A stretch of DNA of 63,960 bases, the filler included, from Pelomyxa schiedti (lineage: Eukaryota; Protista; Evosea), in the NCBI GenBank assembly GCA_020536535.1. It is 11 parts of 11 records of this genome, joined end to end, with 100 filler letters (N's around TTAATTAATTAA, not from the genome) between each part and the next. Parts side by side here need not be neighbours in the genome. Positions count along the whole stretch, not along the records: positions 1 to 23,325 come from JAHLWZ010000552.1; positions 23,426 to 36,145 come from JAHLWZ010001204.1; 9 more parts are not named here. One strand, given 5' to 3'. A model generated the notes under the pieces. The model made no database searches. It saw only the letters and a list, made by a program, of their open reading frames with translations, and was not told the DNA's origin. A program made the position numbers and the translations under genes. This document shows, in pieces, positions 11,097-23,610 of this stretch (the first letter of the stretch is position 1; each line of letters begins with the position of its first letter).

Positions 11097-12670
11097 TTAT
11101 TCGGTGCTGGCGTGATCGAAATAAACAGACTTGGAAATGACGTCTACGAGCCAGCGGCCTTGCTTCATCCCGGCGTCGTGCAGGGCCGTGTGCCCGATTA
11201 TGGGAGGTGGCTTCGCTATCATCAGAACGTGAGCCAGCACACTGTTGATTGAAATATCAAGCCGGCGCCAATGCAGAGTCTGAATTTTAAGCTGTTAGTC
11301 CAGTGGTTTGGAATATATACATAGGTATCAGTTCATTTCCGCGCTCACTTGTAGGTTGTGGAGCATGGAGGGGAGAAATAGAAGTTCACTGAGTGAGTCG
11401 CTTATGAATTCCCCGTTGGTTGTTGCAGTGGTTGGCGGTGCTAAAGAATGGCTGCTTTCTGGGCAAGAAAACAGACTTGAAGCTAAAGCCGGAGGAAAAC
11501 CGCAGTGACTATAAAATACTCCACTGGCTTGGGAATCAAAACACCTGCTAGGATTTCAATTGGCATCTAGAAGTTCACAGTCACTTTCTGTCATAAGGAA
11601 AAGCCGATCTCAATGAGGATGATGTATGCGGAACCTGAGGTGACCATCCAATATTACTGATAACAAGACGTGACTTGAATAGAGAAAGCCCATTCATCCA
11701 CATGGAACCTTTTTCACGGTAACACTGAGAAACAAAACCTATCAAAGAAACCAGGTGTTGTAAGTTGGGCTAGGAAAGGCACTTGATCAATATTATCCTG
11801 TATGCTCAATTGACTAACTTGTTTGTTAGCGTTGAATTCAACCAATGGATGCCACCTTACAGTTCTGGTCCAACGCATTGTTTGTACATACCAGTCAACG
11901 CATTTGACATTCCAAGGTGCTGTTGGCGGTCTACGTATGCCAAGATGAGGAGTTTCGATTGCTATGTACGCCTAAAAGTGGAATCACCAATTGAATTGCC
12001 ATCCAATTCCATTCCATAGGTTGCGTACAATTGGCTCAAGAAGTGTTCCAAAGTAACCTTTTTGAAAGAGGAGACCAATTGCCACTCGTGCAAACAGCCC
12101 GCCAAGGCTGTGCCCTATCACCGTGAATTTGATGGGAGCAGCAGCTGTGACAACGGCGGCGGCACTGTCACTGTTACTAGCACTGCTACTGCTACTGGTA
12201 GTAGTAGTCACACTCACCGAGGACGCCGAATCCGGTGAATTCCGCAGCTTAAGTACGAACTGTTCTATCTGTCTTGCATTCGTCTGTTTCGCATTGATTA
12301 CAAGTAGAGGTGTATGACCTCATTTGCTATCCTCTGCCCTCCAACATCAACGCCATCCAGTGTCTTCCACAACCCACTATTGGCCTCACATGTCAACTAC
12401 AAAAGAGAATCAAACAACAAACAATAATAAGGAAAGCAAAATAAAACACAAGAGTGGACGATGTGAGAACAAAGAAACTTCCAACTGCACATTTTAATGT
12501 TGGAATTTTACGATTCGGAAGTCCGTGTCGACGGGGCAGTTGTCCTTCAATGCACTCAATAGCGCCCTGAATTCCTCTTTGGGATCTACATAAGTTGCCT
12601 GCAGCCCATGACAAAGTACCACAACGTGACACGCTCCCGTGTTGTTAACAACGCCCGTTCCCGTCGACAT
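11097..12670 (-). CDS. DUF676-family putative lipase/serine esterase (alpha/beta hydrolase), multi-exon
   Basis: MSTGTG..HVVVLCHGL; KTLDGVDVGGQRIANEV; nucleophile elbow FTVIGHSLGGLFARVAIGLL; C-terminal LHWRRLDISI..AH. Stop TAA at 11097-11099. Confidence 0.85.
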
Positions 12671-12846
12671 TTCTTTTTTTTTTTTTTCGAATCTGTTTTG
12701 TGTCCAGGTTGTCTGCAGACAGGGGTACCCCCTTCCTCCGCATTTTCACTGCCTTCAGTACGAAAAGCACTGGACAGAAGAATGGGGAGGAGAACAGTGG
12801 GTCAACCTGAGGGTCTCGGTTTCTGTAGATCTGTTCCGTCTTGATA

Positions 12847-14556
12847 ATGTCAAGTGGTGGGAGTGGTGCCAGCAACAACAACGCGTCGACGCCGCCTACT
12901 TCTCCGCCGCCGACGAGGCCGCGGCGGTCAAGCGCGTCGTCTCTCTCCGCCTCGGCGTCGTCGCTGTCGCAGCCGCGCCCGACGCCGCACTTCAAGCCCG
13001 AGCCGCACCCCACGACGCCCAACTTGTCCGCGTCCCAGCCGCACATGCCTCGGCTAGAGACATTCAAACAAGCCCCTGGCGAAGGCCCCCCCACGCCCTC
13101 TCAGGTTGGTTTTTTTTTTTTTTTGTGTAAGATTGGCGATATCGCGTGGGGAAGGATAATGAATAACTTCACATTTAAGCAGCCTCGTTTTGTACCTATA
13201 GTACCGCTGGGAGGTCGTTTGAGATCGTATGTCTTCCCAGAATAATATAATCACACAACATTGTGTTTGACATTTCGGAATTAACGAACTATCAAGTGAA
13301 TCGATTGACTCCTCACTTCCTTCGACAGTAAAGACTCTGATATCATTGAAGGTTGGGACTATGCTCCATTTATTCATGTAGTCTAAACAATGCTATCTTA
13401 AACAGGCAGAGCCCTCTACTCCAGGGGGCAGAGGTGGGGGAATCTTTTAACTGAAATTCGAAACTAATTGAAATGAAAGGGAGAGCTACACCATTGCGAG
13501 GGAGGGGGCGGGCTTCCTTCCCCCATACACCTGTAACTACATACAATCCTATGCTGTTTTCTTCTGGTCGTGGCAGTGCACCCAAGTTTTCTTTTGAATC
13601 GGGTCCTGCCAAGGGCATGTTATCAGATGGAACACAGTCTGTAGATTCTTCAATGCCGGCTGATATTTCAACAAGTGTTTCTCCTTTCTTCCTCGAATCT
13701 TTTCTCCCTTATCTCACTTCCCCATAGTATCACAGATAGGGAAGAAGAGTCATGCCTCAGTATTTGTTCATTTTGTAACAAAGTTATCCTGACAATTACC
13801 TCAGCCCATCGATCCTAATAACATTGTGCATCCTATTGTATTGCCTGTGGCAGAAAAACACGGTGAAGACGCGGAAAAAACTGTTGCGGCTCAGGTAATC
13901 TTCACGTAGATATCATAATTTTAGTTACCCTATCTACACAGGATCGCAAGAGACCTCTTATGGCACTACATGACGATGCAGATGGGGTATGATGGGCTCA
14001 TTACACTTATGCATTCTTACACCCCTAGACTCTCATGAATAATGATCAGCTTCTTTTCTTCCAGCTACCCTCCGCATTTCCGTTACATGCACAGCAGCCA
14101 CAACTAACTGCTGCCGCTGCCACAGCAACCACAGCTGCAACTCCATCTGCAAGTGCGAGTACAAGTGCAAGCCAGCCCCCAGGACAACAAGCCCCCACTG
14201 CCGCACCTACTGCTGTTGTTGGGGAAAAAGCAGAAGATGACAAGCTCACGGGTGGAGTGAAAAGCAATTTGAAAATGGAGGGCTTTGTTGGCAAACTTGT
14301 CATTTACAGAAGCGGCCGCATGGCCATGAAAGTTGGTGACATTCTCTATGATGTAAGGAGCCTTTTGATTTTTCTATAAAAAAAAGCACTAAGTCACACA
14401 CAGGTACAACGAGGCACACAGCCCCACTTCCTTGAAGAGGTGTGGGCAATTGACCACGAAAATGCACGGTGCTATGTTCTTGGGGAGATTGAACAACACG
14501 TGTTGGTGTGCCCAAACATGGAAGATTGCCTCAACCCTGCCAACTCACGGCCATAA
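12847..14556 (+). CDS. RPC4: RNA polymerase III subunit RPC4 (C53), multi-exon
   Basis: Low-complexity N-terminus with RFVPIVP. The C-terminal domain QLLFFQLPSAFP..EGFVGKLVIYRSGRMAMKVGDILYDV|QRGTQPHFLEEV..CYVLGEIEQHVLVCPNMEDCL is the RPC4 signature. Confidence 0.9.
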
Positions 14557-14647
14557 GCCCGCCCACCTTTATTTCCTTTTTTCCTGTTGTAATCCTTTTT
14601 GCCGTCATTTGATTTGATTTCCTAATACGAACTCAAATAAGGGTTCC

Positions 14648-17600
14648 TCACCCTTTTTTTTTCAAACAAATACCTGTTGATACATCAAGCCAAACCTTTG
14701 GCAATCCACCCGGTTTGGGGTTTTTTGGGAACATTGGTTTTCCAACGTGACCTGGTTGGAAGAGGTCATCATTTTCTGTCTCCAGGAAGTTGCCATTGGG
14801 TGGTGGTGACGGTCTATAAGTATTGATGAAGTTGTGGATGTCCGTGACCCCCAGAAGCTGAATGGTTTCCAGGTTGAATGTGTGGCCATGGCACAACATG
14901 TGCAATTCCAAGGCCGTGACCCGAAGCGATCCGGCGCTGGTTCTGAGGGTAAGGTTGGCACCTCCGGCAACCAACAGAGCCACCATTGGCGACTGCGAAG
15001 CTCTCTGCGCGGCGAGGTGCAGCGCAGTGAACCCATTGTCATTGTACTGGTTCACGAATTCAGCGTCGCCGCCTACGCAGCCAAGGAGGTGCTCCACATG
15101 CTTGGAGCTGCAAAAGAGCGCCGCGAGGTGAAGCAACGTGTTGTGACAGACGCCGGGTTGCCTGATCGCGGCTTGCCCGGCTGGCCCCGAGTTGTGGGCT
15201 TCCGTAAGCAGCCTGAGGAAGTTCCGCGTGGTGCCCGACACGATGTTGTAGTGCAACACGTGTGTCCGGGGATCGTTGTTGGCTTGGGACTCGGCGTTTT
15301 TCTCGCGCAGATGGCCAGCAACATAATAACTTCCGGCGGAAAGAGCTTCGTCAAGGGGAGTGTTCCCGAGAGCGTTCTTTTTGTTGATGTTCTTTCTGTA
15401 GATGCCCATTTCGTACATTTTGTCACAAATATATCTGACGAGAAGAAGATTCCCACTGCGACAAGCTAGATGCAAGACGGTGCCCAAAAAACTTTCTGCT
15501 TTGAGGTTCGAGCCTGCACGAAGAAGCCATTCAAGCATCGGCTGATTTCCCTTTCTGGCACTCCAATGTTGTGGCGTCGACCCATCTGGGGGGATTCAGT
15601 AAGAAACAACCACAAAAAGAGAGTAACATCGGGTCTGTGATCACACCTTGTGCAGTTTGAGATATGGACAGCCCCTGCGGGCTCTGGGTGAGCCACTCCA
15701 TTAACTGGATGTTTCCACTGTATGCAGCAAAAGAGATGACAGAATTTCCCATTGCATCGGTTTCTGCAACTATTGCACCTTGCCCCACGAGCCATTGCAT
15801 GGCCTCCAGGTTCCCACCCATTGCAGCGTACATCAGAGCAGTGAGTCCATCTTTTTGAGGGATTATTTTAGTTGTGTTCCCAAACACCCAACCCAAAACA
15901 ACATAAGTTGACTGTGGCAAAACAAAAAAAGGGTGTTGGAGCAGACATACAGGGTTTTGCTTTTATTAAAACAGGCACTCCACTTGCTTTCATCTTGTTC
16001 AAGAGTTCAACTTGGCCGCAGCCTGCTGCAAGCAAGATGCAGTTGCACCCGTATATATTGGTATCTGTCATGGGTGCATGCATTTCGTTCAACAACCATT
16101 GAACAAGAGCCATGTGGCGGGAGTACAAAGCAGTCATCAGAATGGTGTTATGAGCGTTGTCCTTTTCTGAGAGTCTGGCACCATTATTCAGAAGCCATGA
16201 TAGGGGTGGTTGATTCCCAGTAAATGCAGCAACCAGACTTGGTGTGGCTCCATCTGCCGTCAAACGGTGAGTTGGGGAAAAGGAGAACACGGCGTTCGTT
16301 ACCTTTTGTGCGAGCATTGAGGGGCACCTTTTGGCTCTTCAACCATTCCAGAGCATCGACATGTCCCCCTCCTGCTGCTTGATGTGCTGCATTCTCTCCC
16401 AGACTGTTGGTTGGTGTGATTCGAGCTATGGTTTGTGCGACCCGAGCTTCTTTGGCTATCCACTTCATCATGTGGCTCCTTTGTGAAGCGTAAAGAAGTG
16501 CAGTGTCCCCGATGTCATTACTTTGGTTGATGTATTCCCACAGAGGAAGGGAAGATTTTGAAATGAGCCACTTGAACATTTCTAGATTTCCGCTTTTTGC
16601 TGCAAGTAAAAGTGGTGTGTCGCCATCTACAAAATGGGTTATCATTTCCACGATTTCACACCAAAACAAAACAAGGATATATTGTTGCATACTTCGTTTG
16701 CATGACACATCAAGCGATGCTCCCCGTGAGTGGAGAAGAATCGCGGTTGGGAGATCACCAATTTCAACAGCCAGAAGAAAAGCTGTTTGGGACAAGTGGT
16801 CTTTTGTATCAACGGGCAGCCCATGTTCCAAAAAATATTGCACGCCACAAGATGATTGTGCCGCCTCAGCACTTCGATGCAGCAGCCAAAGCATCAGTGC
16901 AGTTTTTCCTTCTAACAAGAGGGTGAAACCAAACGAATGTGACTCAATTGTAGAGGCGTTACGCACCACTGTCTTTGGTTGTCATCGATGCTCCTTTGCT
17001 GCGAAGGTACTCAATTACTGCCAATTGTCTCCCAATGGCAGCATGCAGCAACGCGGTTCGGTCAAAGGAATCGTTTTCTTCGATGTTGCAGTGTTTCTCT
17101 TCCACGAGCCACCTCACAACGTGCCGATGCCCTCTCAACGTTGCACACATCAAAGGTGTGAGTTTGAGCTTGTCTCTCTCTTCCAAAGTCGAACCATGCA
17201 AAAGAAGCCACTTGGCCATGTCAAGTTGTCCAGCGTCACAAGCAAGATGGAGTGCTGTTTTTCCATCTGTGTAAATTAAGTGCGCGAAGTTGGTGAATAA
17301 TGGAATGGGATGAATACCATGAGCTCGGACTGAAAGTGAGGCTCCCCTGCTGACAAGTAGCTCCACAGTGGCCTGGTGTCCACCACACACTGCATGCGAG
17401 ATGGCTGTTTTTCCGAAGTTGTCGAACTCATCCACAGAATAGCCCTTGTCCAGTAGAAACTGTACCTCCTCGTGTTGGCCCTTCTTTGCGGCTAGCAGCA
17501 ATGGCGTGCAACCATCTCTGTCCTTCGGGTGTAGTGCTGGGAAGCTGCGCAGAAAGCAATTAAGAGCTGCGTGTTCACCATCCTCTGCTGCATTGAGAAT

Positions 17601-20600
17601 GGCATGATTGGGTTCGAGATACGCTGAAGTTTTATACTTGTTCGCCAAGCTGTAATCTCCAGAAATGGCGGCAGTTTTTATAACCGTAAAATTGTGATGC
17701 TGAGTGCTGACTTGTAGAATTTCGCCGGTGCTCTGAAACTCAAAGCTTACATTAACTGCATGAGGGCATTTAATATGTAACTCTTGGAGTGATTCGATTG
17801 GCACCCTCATTTTCAGGGTTTGAAGGTCATCACAGTTTGTTATTGTTACCGAATTCAAAGCAGGACAGTGTTGGAGTAGATTGACCTCTGTGAGGGCTTG
17901 GCACTGGTCAATTGATATTGTATGAAGACGCATGTATGGGCGAGGAAAAGAACACTCTGAGATGCGCGAAGAAGTAATGGTCACTTTGCCAACATGAGGA
18001 TTAATGTCCAATATTTTTGTGACAGGTGTCACAGCCCTGTAGTTACTCAATTTCAGATTTGGTTGTGTGCTTCGCTTTCTGGAGATGAAATCCAAAACTT
18101 TTTTTTGCACCACAACTGGTGAGTTGTCTTGCCAAACAAGTTTGTTGGCGATTTTGAATTGTAAACCACCATGCAGCTTCTCAAAAATATCTGAGTTTCC
18201 TTGGAAGATCAAATTTTTGATGAGACAAAGTACCCTGGAGTCTCTTTCAACTTCATGCAACAACATATTTCCATCTCTGAGGGTTGTCTCCGCTCCGGGC
18301 AAAGTTCCCCCATTTTCATCAAATGGAAAACGAGAAGAAAGCACCAAGCAAGTGGAAACGGTGCTACTGTTGCCATGATAATACAGTTCTCGGATCTTCT
18401 GGAACCTTGATTTAGCAGTATCATAGAGACGATCTTTATTAAGGTGAAGGGCAATGTAAAACTTCGCAACATAATCAGGCATGACAGACTCTAAAAGTTG
18501 AAGACCAGTCAAAGGAGGACTGGCCGTTTGCATTATCGCTTGCAATGAGGACATGGATATAAAGAGATCATCAACCAAGTCAGGAGGGAGACAGAACGAG
18601 GCCAGACAGCCCCTTTGGTATAAACTCTGTTCATCCTCTTTCGTTGAGAGAGCAGGAAAAATGGGGCCGGACCACTCCTTAATTTCTTCTGGAGTGATTT
18701 TCAATGTTTTCCATGCTTCATGAGTCTTGTGCAAATCTTGGATCCAATCTTTCATGAGTGCCATGGGATTCAGGAGGAGAAACTCTTGACATGCTTTGGA
18801 ATCGAGAGGTTGTATTATTTGAGAGAGGCAGAATATTACACTTTTCACCATCATCAATTTTTTGGTTTTGAAAAATAATCCCCCATCTTTGACAACTACT
18901 TCAGGAGGACTGAAAGCCCTGTCATTGTCAATCCCAACAAGTTTTCCTGTTTTCTCCTCAAAAATAAAGTTGTCTGGCTTCCCGTCTTCTGGCATGGTGA
19001 TGAGTCCCATGATCAACAGTTTCGTGAACATTTCACTTGGAAATGGGCGATCACTCCCTGTTGCAAGATAAGAGTCGAATGTGGGACCTTGAATTTTCTC
19101 TGATATCAAAACTGGATAAACTTCCTCCACAGTGGTTGAGTGGTACACTTTTCGAATTGTCAGTTTGCCAAAGACTGATTTTGCTGTTCCAAATCCAATG
19201 ATGCGATCATGCAACAACGAGACTGCTTGTTCATACGCTGGAATTTCAGGAAAAAACTTGAAGTAAAAGACCTGGTCTTCAATGTCCACAGGTTTCACAA
19301 GGTGGTTGTGAGATCTGGCGGGCAAAATGTGTGCGAGTTCTTCTGCGATTTGGTCAAGTTGAAGGCGACTTGCAACCTTGGGATGAATGTCTCCTGTAAC
19401 ACCACCTGACAAACCAGCCAGAGCAAGTGTGTATTTATTTCCCCCTGGTGATGTTTCTGATGGTGGGGATGTCGCCAATAGAAGATGAAGCTTTTCTTGA
19501 AAATGCACCCTTTCTTCAAAAGGGCCTGGTCTGAAACCATTGGGGCTCGGAAACGATGACAAAATAGTTTGTGCCTTGTCCAGAGCCACCTTTGTGGCTT
19601 CATCCGTCACGCGGTTCTTGCATTCCTTCCAAAAAGAGACTTTGGTTCGATGAGGAAATGCACCATAAAAATGTTTCAGTGGAATGACGTGAGAAGAATC
19701 AGATTCAATGGCACCATCACTCAGAGAACCAAGGAAAGTTGCAGCAAAGATCGGCAAAAATTGGGATTTATCGGGAGGTAACAGGTCATAATCCGACTTG
19801 TTCATGTCCTTGCATTTCTTCAACTGGTCCAAGAACAGCTTGAAGGATCTCAAACTGTGAAGAATTAACGAATTTGGAGGCAGCCATGATTGGAAATCCT
19901 TTGCGGCGGTAGTTGCAGTTGCGGTTGCAGTTGCTCTATTTTGGCACAACTTGAAAGAAGACAACCACGATTTCCATCTCTTTTTCAGTTCTGTGAATTC
20001 TTTANNNNNNNNNNNNNNNNNNNNNNNNNNNNNNNNNNNNNNNNNNNNNNNNNNNNNNNNNNNNNNNNNNNNNNNNNNNNNNNNNNNNNNNNNNNNNNNN
20101 NNNNCCATGATTGGAAATCCTTTGCGGCGGTAGTTGCAGTTGCGGTTGCAGTTGCTCTATTTTGGCACAACTTGAAAGAAGACAACCACGATTTCCATCT
20201 CTTTTTCAGTTCTGTGAATTCTTTATCACTTTCAGAGGATAAGTTGTAGCGACGGAGTCCTTCAACCACGTTTTCAATGTCCGAGACATCTTGTGCAAGA
20301 AAATCGAGGTGGAATTGGTTCACAGGGGAAAAGTCGGGATCTGGAGATGTCCCCATCATTTTTGATGTTCTGTCAATCGCCGCTTCCATTGAGCTGTCTA
20401 GAAGTCCGCGAATATAACACACTGCTCCATACTGTATCGGGAAGAAGTGTTTCATCATTCCAACAGTGTTACTTACTCCCTCGATGATCGTCAATTGTTC
20501 AGGGGAAAAGGGGGAACGGGGAATGTGGTCGCCTGGAAATGGACTCCCAGGTTTTTTAGCCAGAGAAACCTGAATCTCCAAAAGTTGTTGAAGGTGCCTT

Positions 20601-23277
20601 TGGCACAATTGCAACAGAACCCAGGGGAAAGCCGAGCCTGCAGTGCCTGCCATATTCTCATATTTCTTCTTATTTTGAAGGATCTCGGTGAACAGATCCA
20701 GAGGGTGCGAAATATCTTCAAGATTGGGAAAGAAGAACAGCTTCAGACTGCTTGCCAGAGTGAGGAACAGGTTGCAGAGAGCTTTCAGGTACTCTTCTGG
20801 CGCTGGTGTGTCTTGGTGTACTTGGTGTGGGGCAGGCCCACAAACCCGGTTTTCTGTTGCGATGAACAGTGCACTGTCATTCAAGCCCCTCAGAGTGGAC
20901 ACGTAAATGGAAAGTGCAATCAATTGGTGGCGTTTCAGTCTCTCTGGGAATGGTGGCCTTAGTTTTTCGTTGGGAATGTATTTGCTCATGAACATGTCCC
21001 ATTGTTGGTGTGATGCCTTTTCCTGCAAGAACTCTTCACAGTGTCGTTTATACAGCTTAAAAATGGAACTTGGTTGGGGACAAAGGGGAATAAAAGTGCA
21101 GTGCGATTGCCAAGTTTGTGAAATGTGGTTGAGGTTTCCTGGTGTGGATGTTACCCTCTCAAGCAACTTGGAGGCCAACAAACATCCTGTAACAGTAATT
21201 TTGGGTGATATTTGAAAAGAAGAACCAGCACATTTTCGTGCCAAGTTGTGCACAGCCCAGGCAGTGAAAATTAAAAACAGTCCTTGCAGGAGCACAAGCA
21301 ACTTCACCTGGATCTCTTTCTCTTCACTTTCTTCATATACAATGGTTGTTTCAACTGTATTCAACATGTTGCATTCTGACCACCCAAGGTTCCCTTTGGT
21401 GCAAAGTACGACTGAGCCAGGAGAAAAGGCACCCAAAAGAGACTCACTGTGATTAAAGAGCGCTGCCAGAAGTTGATTGAGCGAAGCCGAAAATTCCTTG
21501 TCATTCAGAGAAGTTGGAGAATCCAACGAACTATTGTTTTGCGGCCAAACTCTGTCAACCAGTTCACAAACAGACAAAAGATGGCCTGTGTCACTTTTAC
21601 AGCAGCACGGAGGAGGTGGCAGGATGACAATCGAAGTTGCAGTCTCCAAAGCTTTCACGATCGTTTTCTGGCATGAAATGGGTGTCTCACAATTGCCTTC
21701 CGTATTCTCACAGCTGGTTTCTGAACATTTCGTAACAATCAAGTAACACTGAGCAAGGAGTAGGAATCGCTGAAACCACCCAAGTGACGATAAGTCCTGG
21801 TGTGAACCTTTGTTGAACATCTCCAGCAAAGCTGCCAACGGCAGTGATGCCCATTTCTCTTTGAAGAGCAGGTAAAAGTCGTTTACAATCGGGAAAAATT
21901 TGTTTCGGACTCCTTTTTCCAGGTGCATAACTTGACACATGTAACAGTTGAGAAGCTTTGTGCAGTGAGTGCTGGCTCCATGTTCGGTCAGAGTGGGATT
22001 CCCATTGGCATAAAGGAAAGTGGCACAAAGAAGATCGCGGGAAAAGAAAGAATCAACAATGGAAGAGTCAGCTTCGCTCTTGATCTCATTCAAGGTCAGC
22101 TGAATTCTCTGGTCAAAATAACTGGTGCTGCTTGGCAATTGTTTCCAGTGAACTGTTGGAGGCACAGGCGAATTGCCTCGAGAATCTACAAATGCTGCCA
22201 TGTCGACAGCCTTCTGCGATGTTGAGCAACACTCGCAAACTTTGTTGATGTGCCTTTGGAAGCATGCGAGGTGTTGGTGAAGTGATGAAAACAGAAGATC
22301 CCCTTGACTATCAATTTGTGGTTGCATTGCAGCAAGGAAACTGGAAAGTTGTTGGGCAGTGCCAGTGATTGCTGAGAGTCTATTTTGGTGGATGTGGCTG
22401 ACGATGCTGGCATAAACAACATCCAGAACCGGCAGAATGTATTCAAACGAGCAAACTTCATCTCCATTTAGCACGCACGCAAACAGGTGATTGGTGTCAG
22501 CTGAATACAGAAAAGAAAAAAAAAGGAAAGTGAGCAGTGGGGGTGTTTGGCTCTGTTGCTCTTACTTGTTTGTTTTTGAAGCAATGCCAGTTGCTCCTCG
22601 TGCTCTGTACTCAGGGGTGGTGGAATTGAAGTTGGAGCAGCACCCATACGGTTTTTTTCCGAACTATTCACAGTATGCACATTTAATACAACAGTTGGTT
22701 GTGTAAGTGGTGGTGACGTGGCGGTCTTCGGTATTGGAGGGAGTGGCTTATTCTTCACAGGAGGCCGAGGCGGCTGTGGGCACTCGCCCGGTTCAGTGGT
22801 ACTGGCGCTGGTACAGGCACTAGCAGTAACAGTAGCACAACTAGAAGTAGTACATGTACGTGGCTGCAACGGCTGTGCGACCCGCGTAAGTTTCGGCCTG
22901 GGTTTGTTGGGCCGAAACGCCATCGTGGCAAAGGGGGACTGCGTCGCCACGGGTTCCGGCGCCCGCGCCGCTATCTCGGAGTGATGCCGCTGGTGGCTGA
23001 ATGGAGGAGTGGAGGCCGGCGGGGTGGCGCGACAGACCACCGGGGTCGGGGGCAGTGGTTTCTGAGCTTGTTGTTGCGGCTGCTGCATTGGGCAAGATGC
23101 GGTGGGGACCGCACAAGTCGGCGACGGCGGCCGCGGCGGCGGCGGCGGCGGCGGCAACACGGGAAGCACGGCGGGGGCGTGCGGGCGGGTGCTGGGGCTG
23201 TGATCGCCCATCGGAGGGCCACCAGAGATCGTTTGGGCTGCGGTGGCATGCGGCGGGATGAAGTGCGAGGGTCTCAT
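14648..23277 (-). CDS. Very large multidomain protein: Pro-rich N-terminus, helical region, atypical (PI3/PI4K/AFK-like) kinase domain, LRR-like segment, many ankyrin repeats
   Basis: ATG 23277 and an intron at ~22501-22565 join to the 829-aa ORF, which continues into the 1049-aa ORF across the 121-bp overlap gap. Kinase-like motifs YFKFFPEIPAYEQAV, YPVLISEKIQG, PEDGKPDNF, GIDNDRAF. LRR-like LHTISIDQCQALTEV/LNSVTITNCDDLQTL. Many G.TALH.A..G ankyrin repeats run to TGA at 14648. Confidence 0.85.
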
Positions 23278-23325
23278 CGGGACCAACTCAACTCCAACAC
23301 AAGCTACCTTCACAGCACGCCCGTT

Positions 23326-23425
23326 NNNNNNNNNNNNNNNNNNNNNNNNNNNNNNNNNNNNNNNNNNNNTTAATTAATTAANNNNNNNNNNNNNNNNNNN
23401 NNNNNNNNNNNNNNNNNNNNNNNNN
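23326..23425. other. Artificial contig-join spacer N44-TTAATTAATTAA-N44. The same core occurs at 36190, 37299, 50090, 51867, 53454, 54832, 55979, 57117 and 58358.
   Basis: Identical 12-mer, which gives stops in all six frames, centred in a 100-nt N spacer, ten times. Confidence 0.97.
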
Positions 23426-23516
23426 CAAAAAAACCCAACGCTTAAAAGGAGCCCGATTCAATTCCACAACACGGTTTCGATTTGTGTTTCAAAAAAAAAC
23501 ACGATTCGCGTTCAAA

Positions 23517-23546
23517 TTTTTCTTCGTTCAATCGCATTCCGGTGTA
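23517..23546 (-). mobile_element. Candidate DNA-transposon terminus (TA-CACCGG motif)
   Basis: Reverse complement TACACCGGAATGCGATTGAACGAAGAAAAA aligns with the motifs at 33477 and 35575; lies near a contig end. Confidence 0.4.
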
Positions 23547-23610
23547 AACAACGACACCTGACGCACAAAGAAGAGACCAAAAACAACAAGAACAGGCCAG
23601 GGCTACGATA

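Noticed and set aside
23370-23381. TTAATTAATTAA as a biological repeat or piggyBac-type TTAA site
   Set aside because: It is always centred in fixed N44 pads, so it is a synthetic all-frame stop linker.
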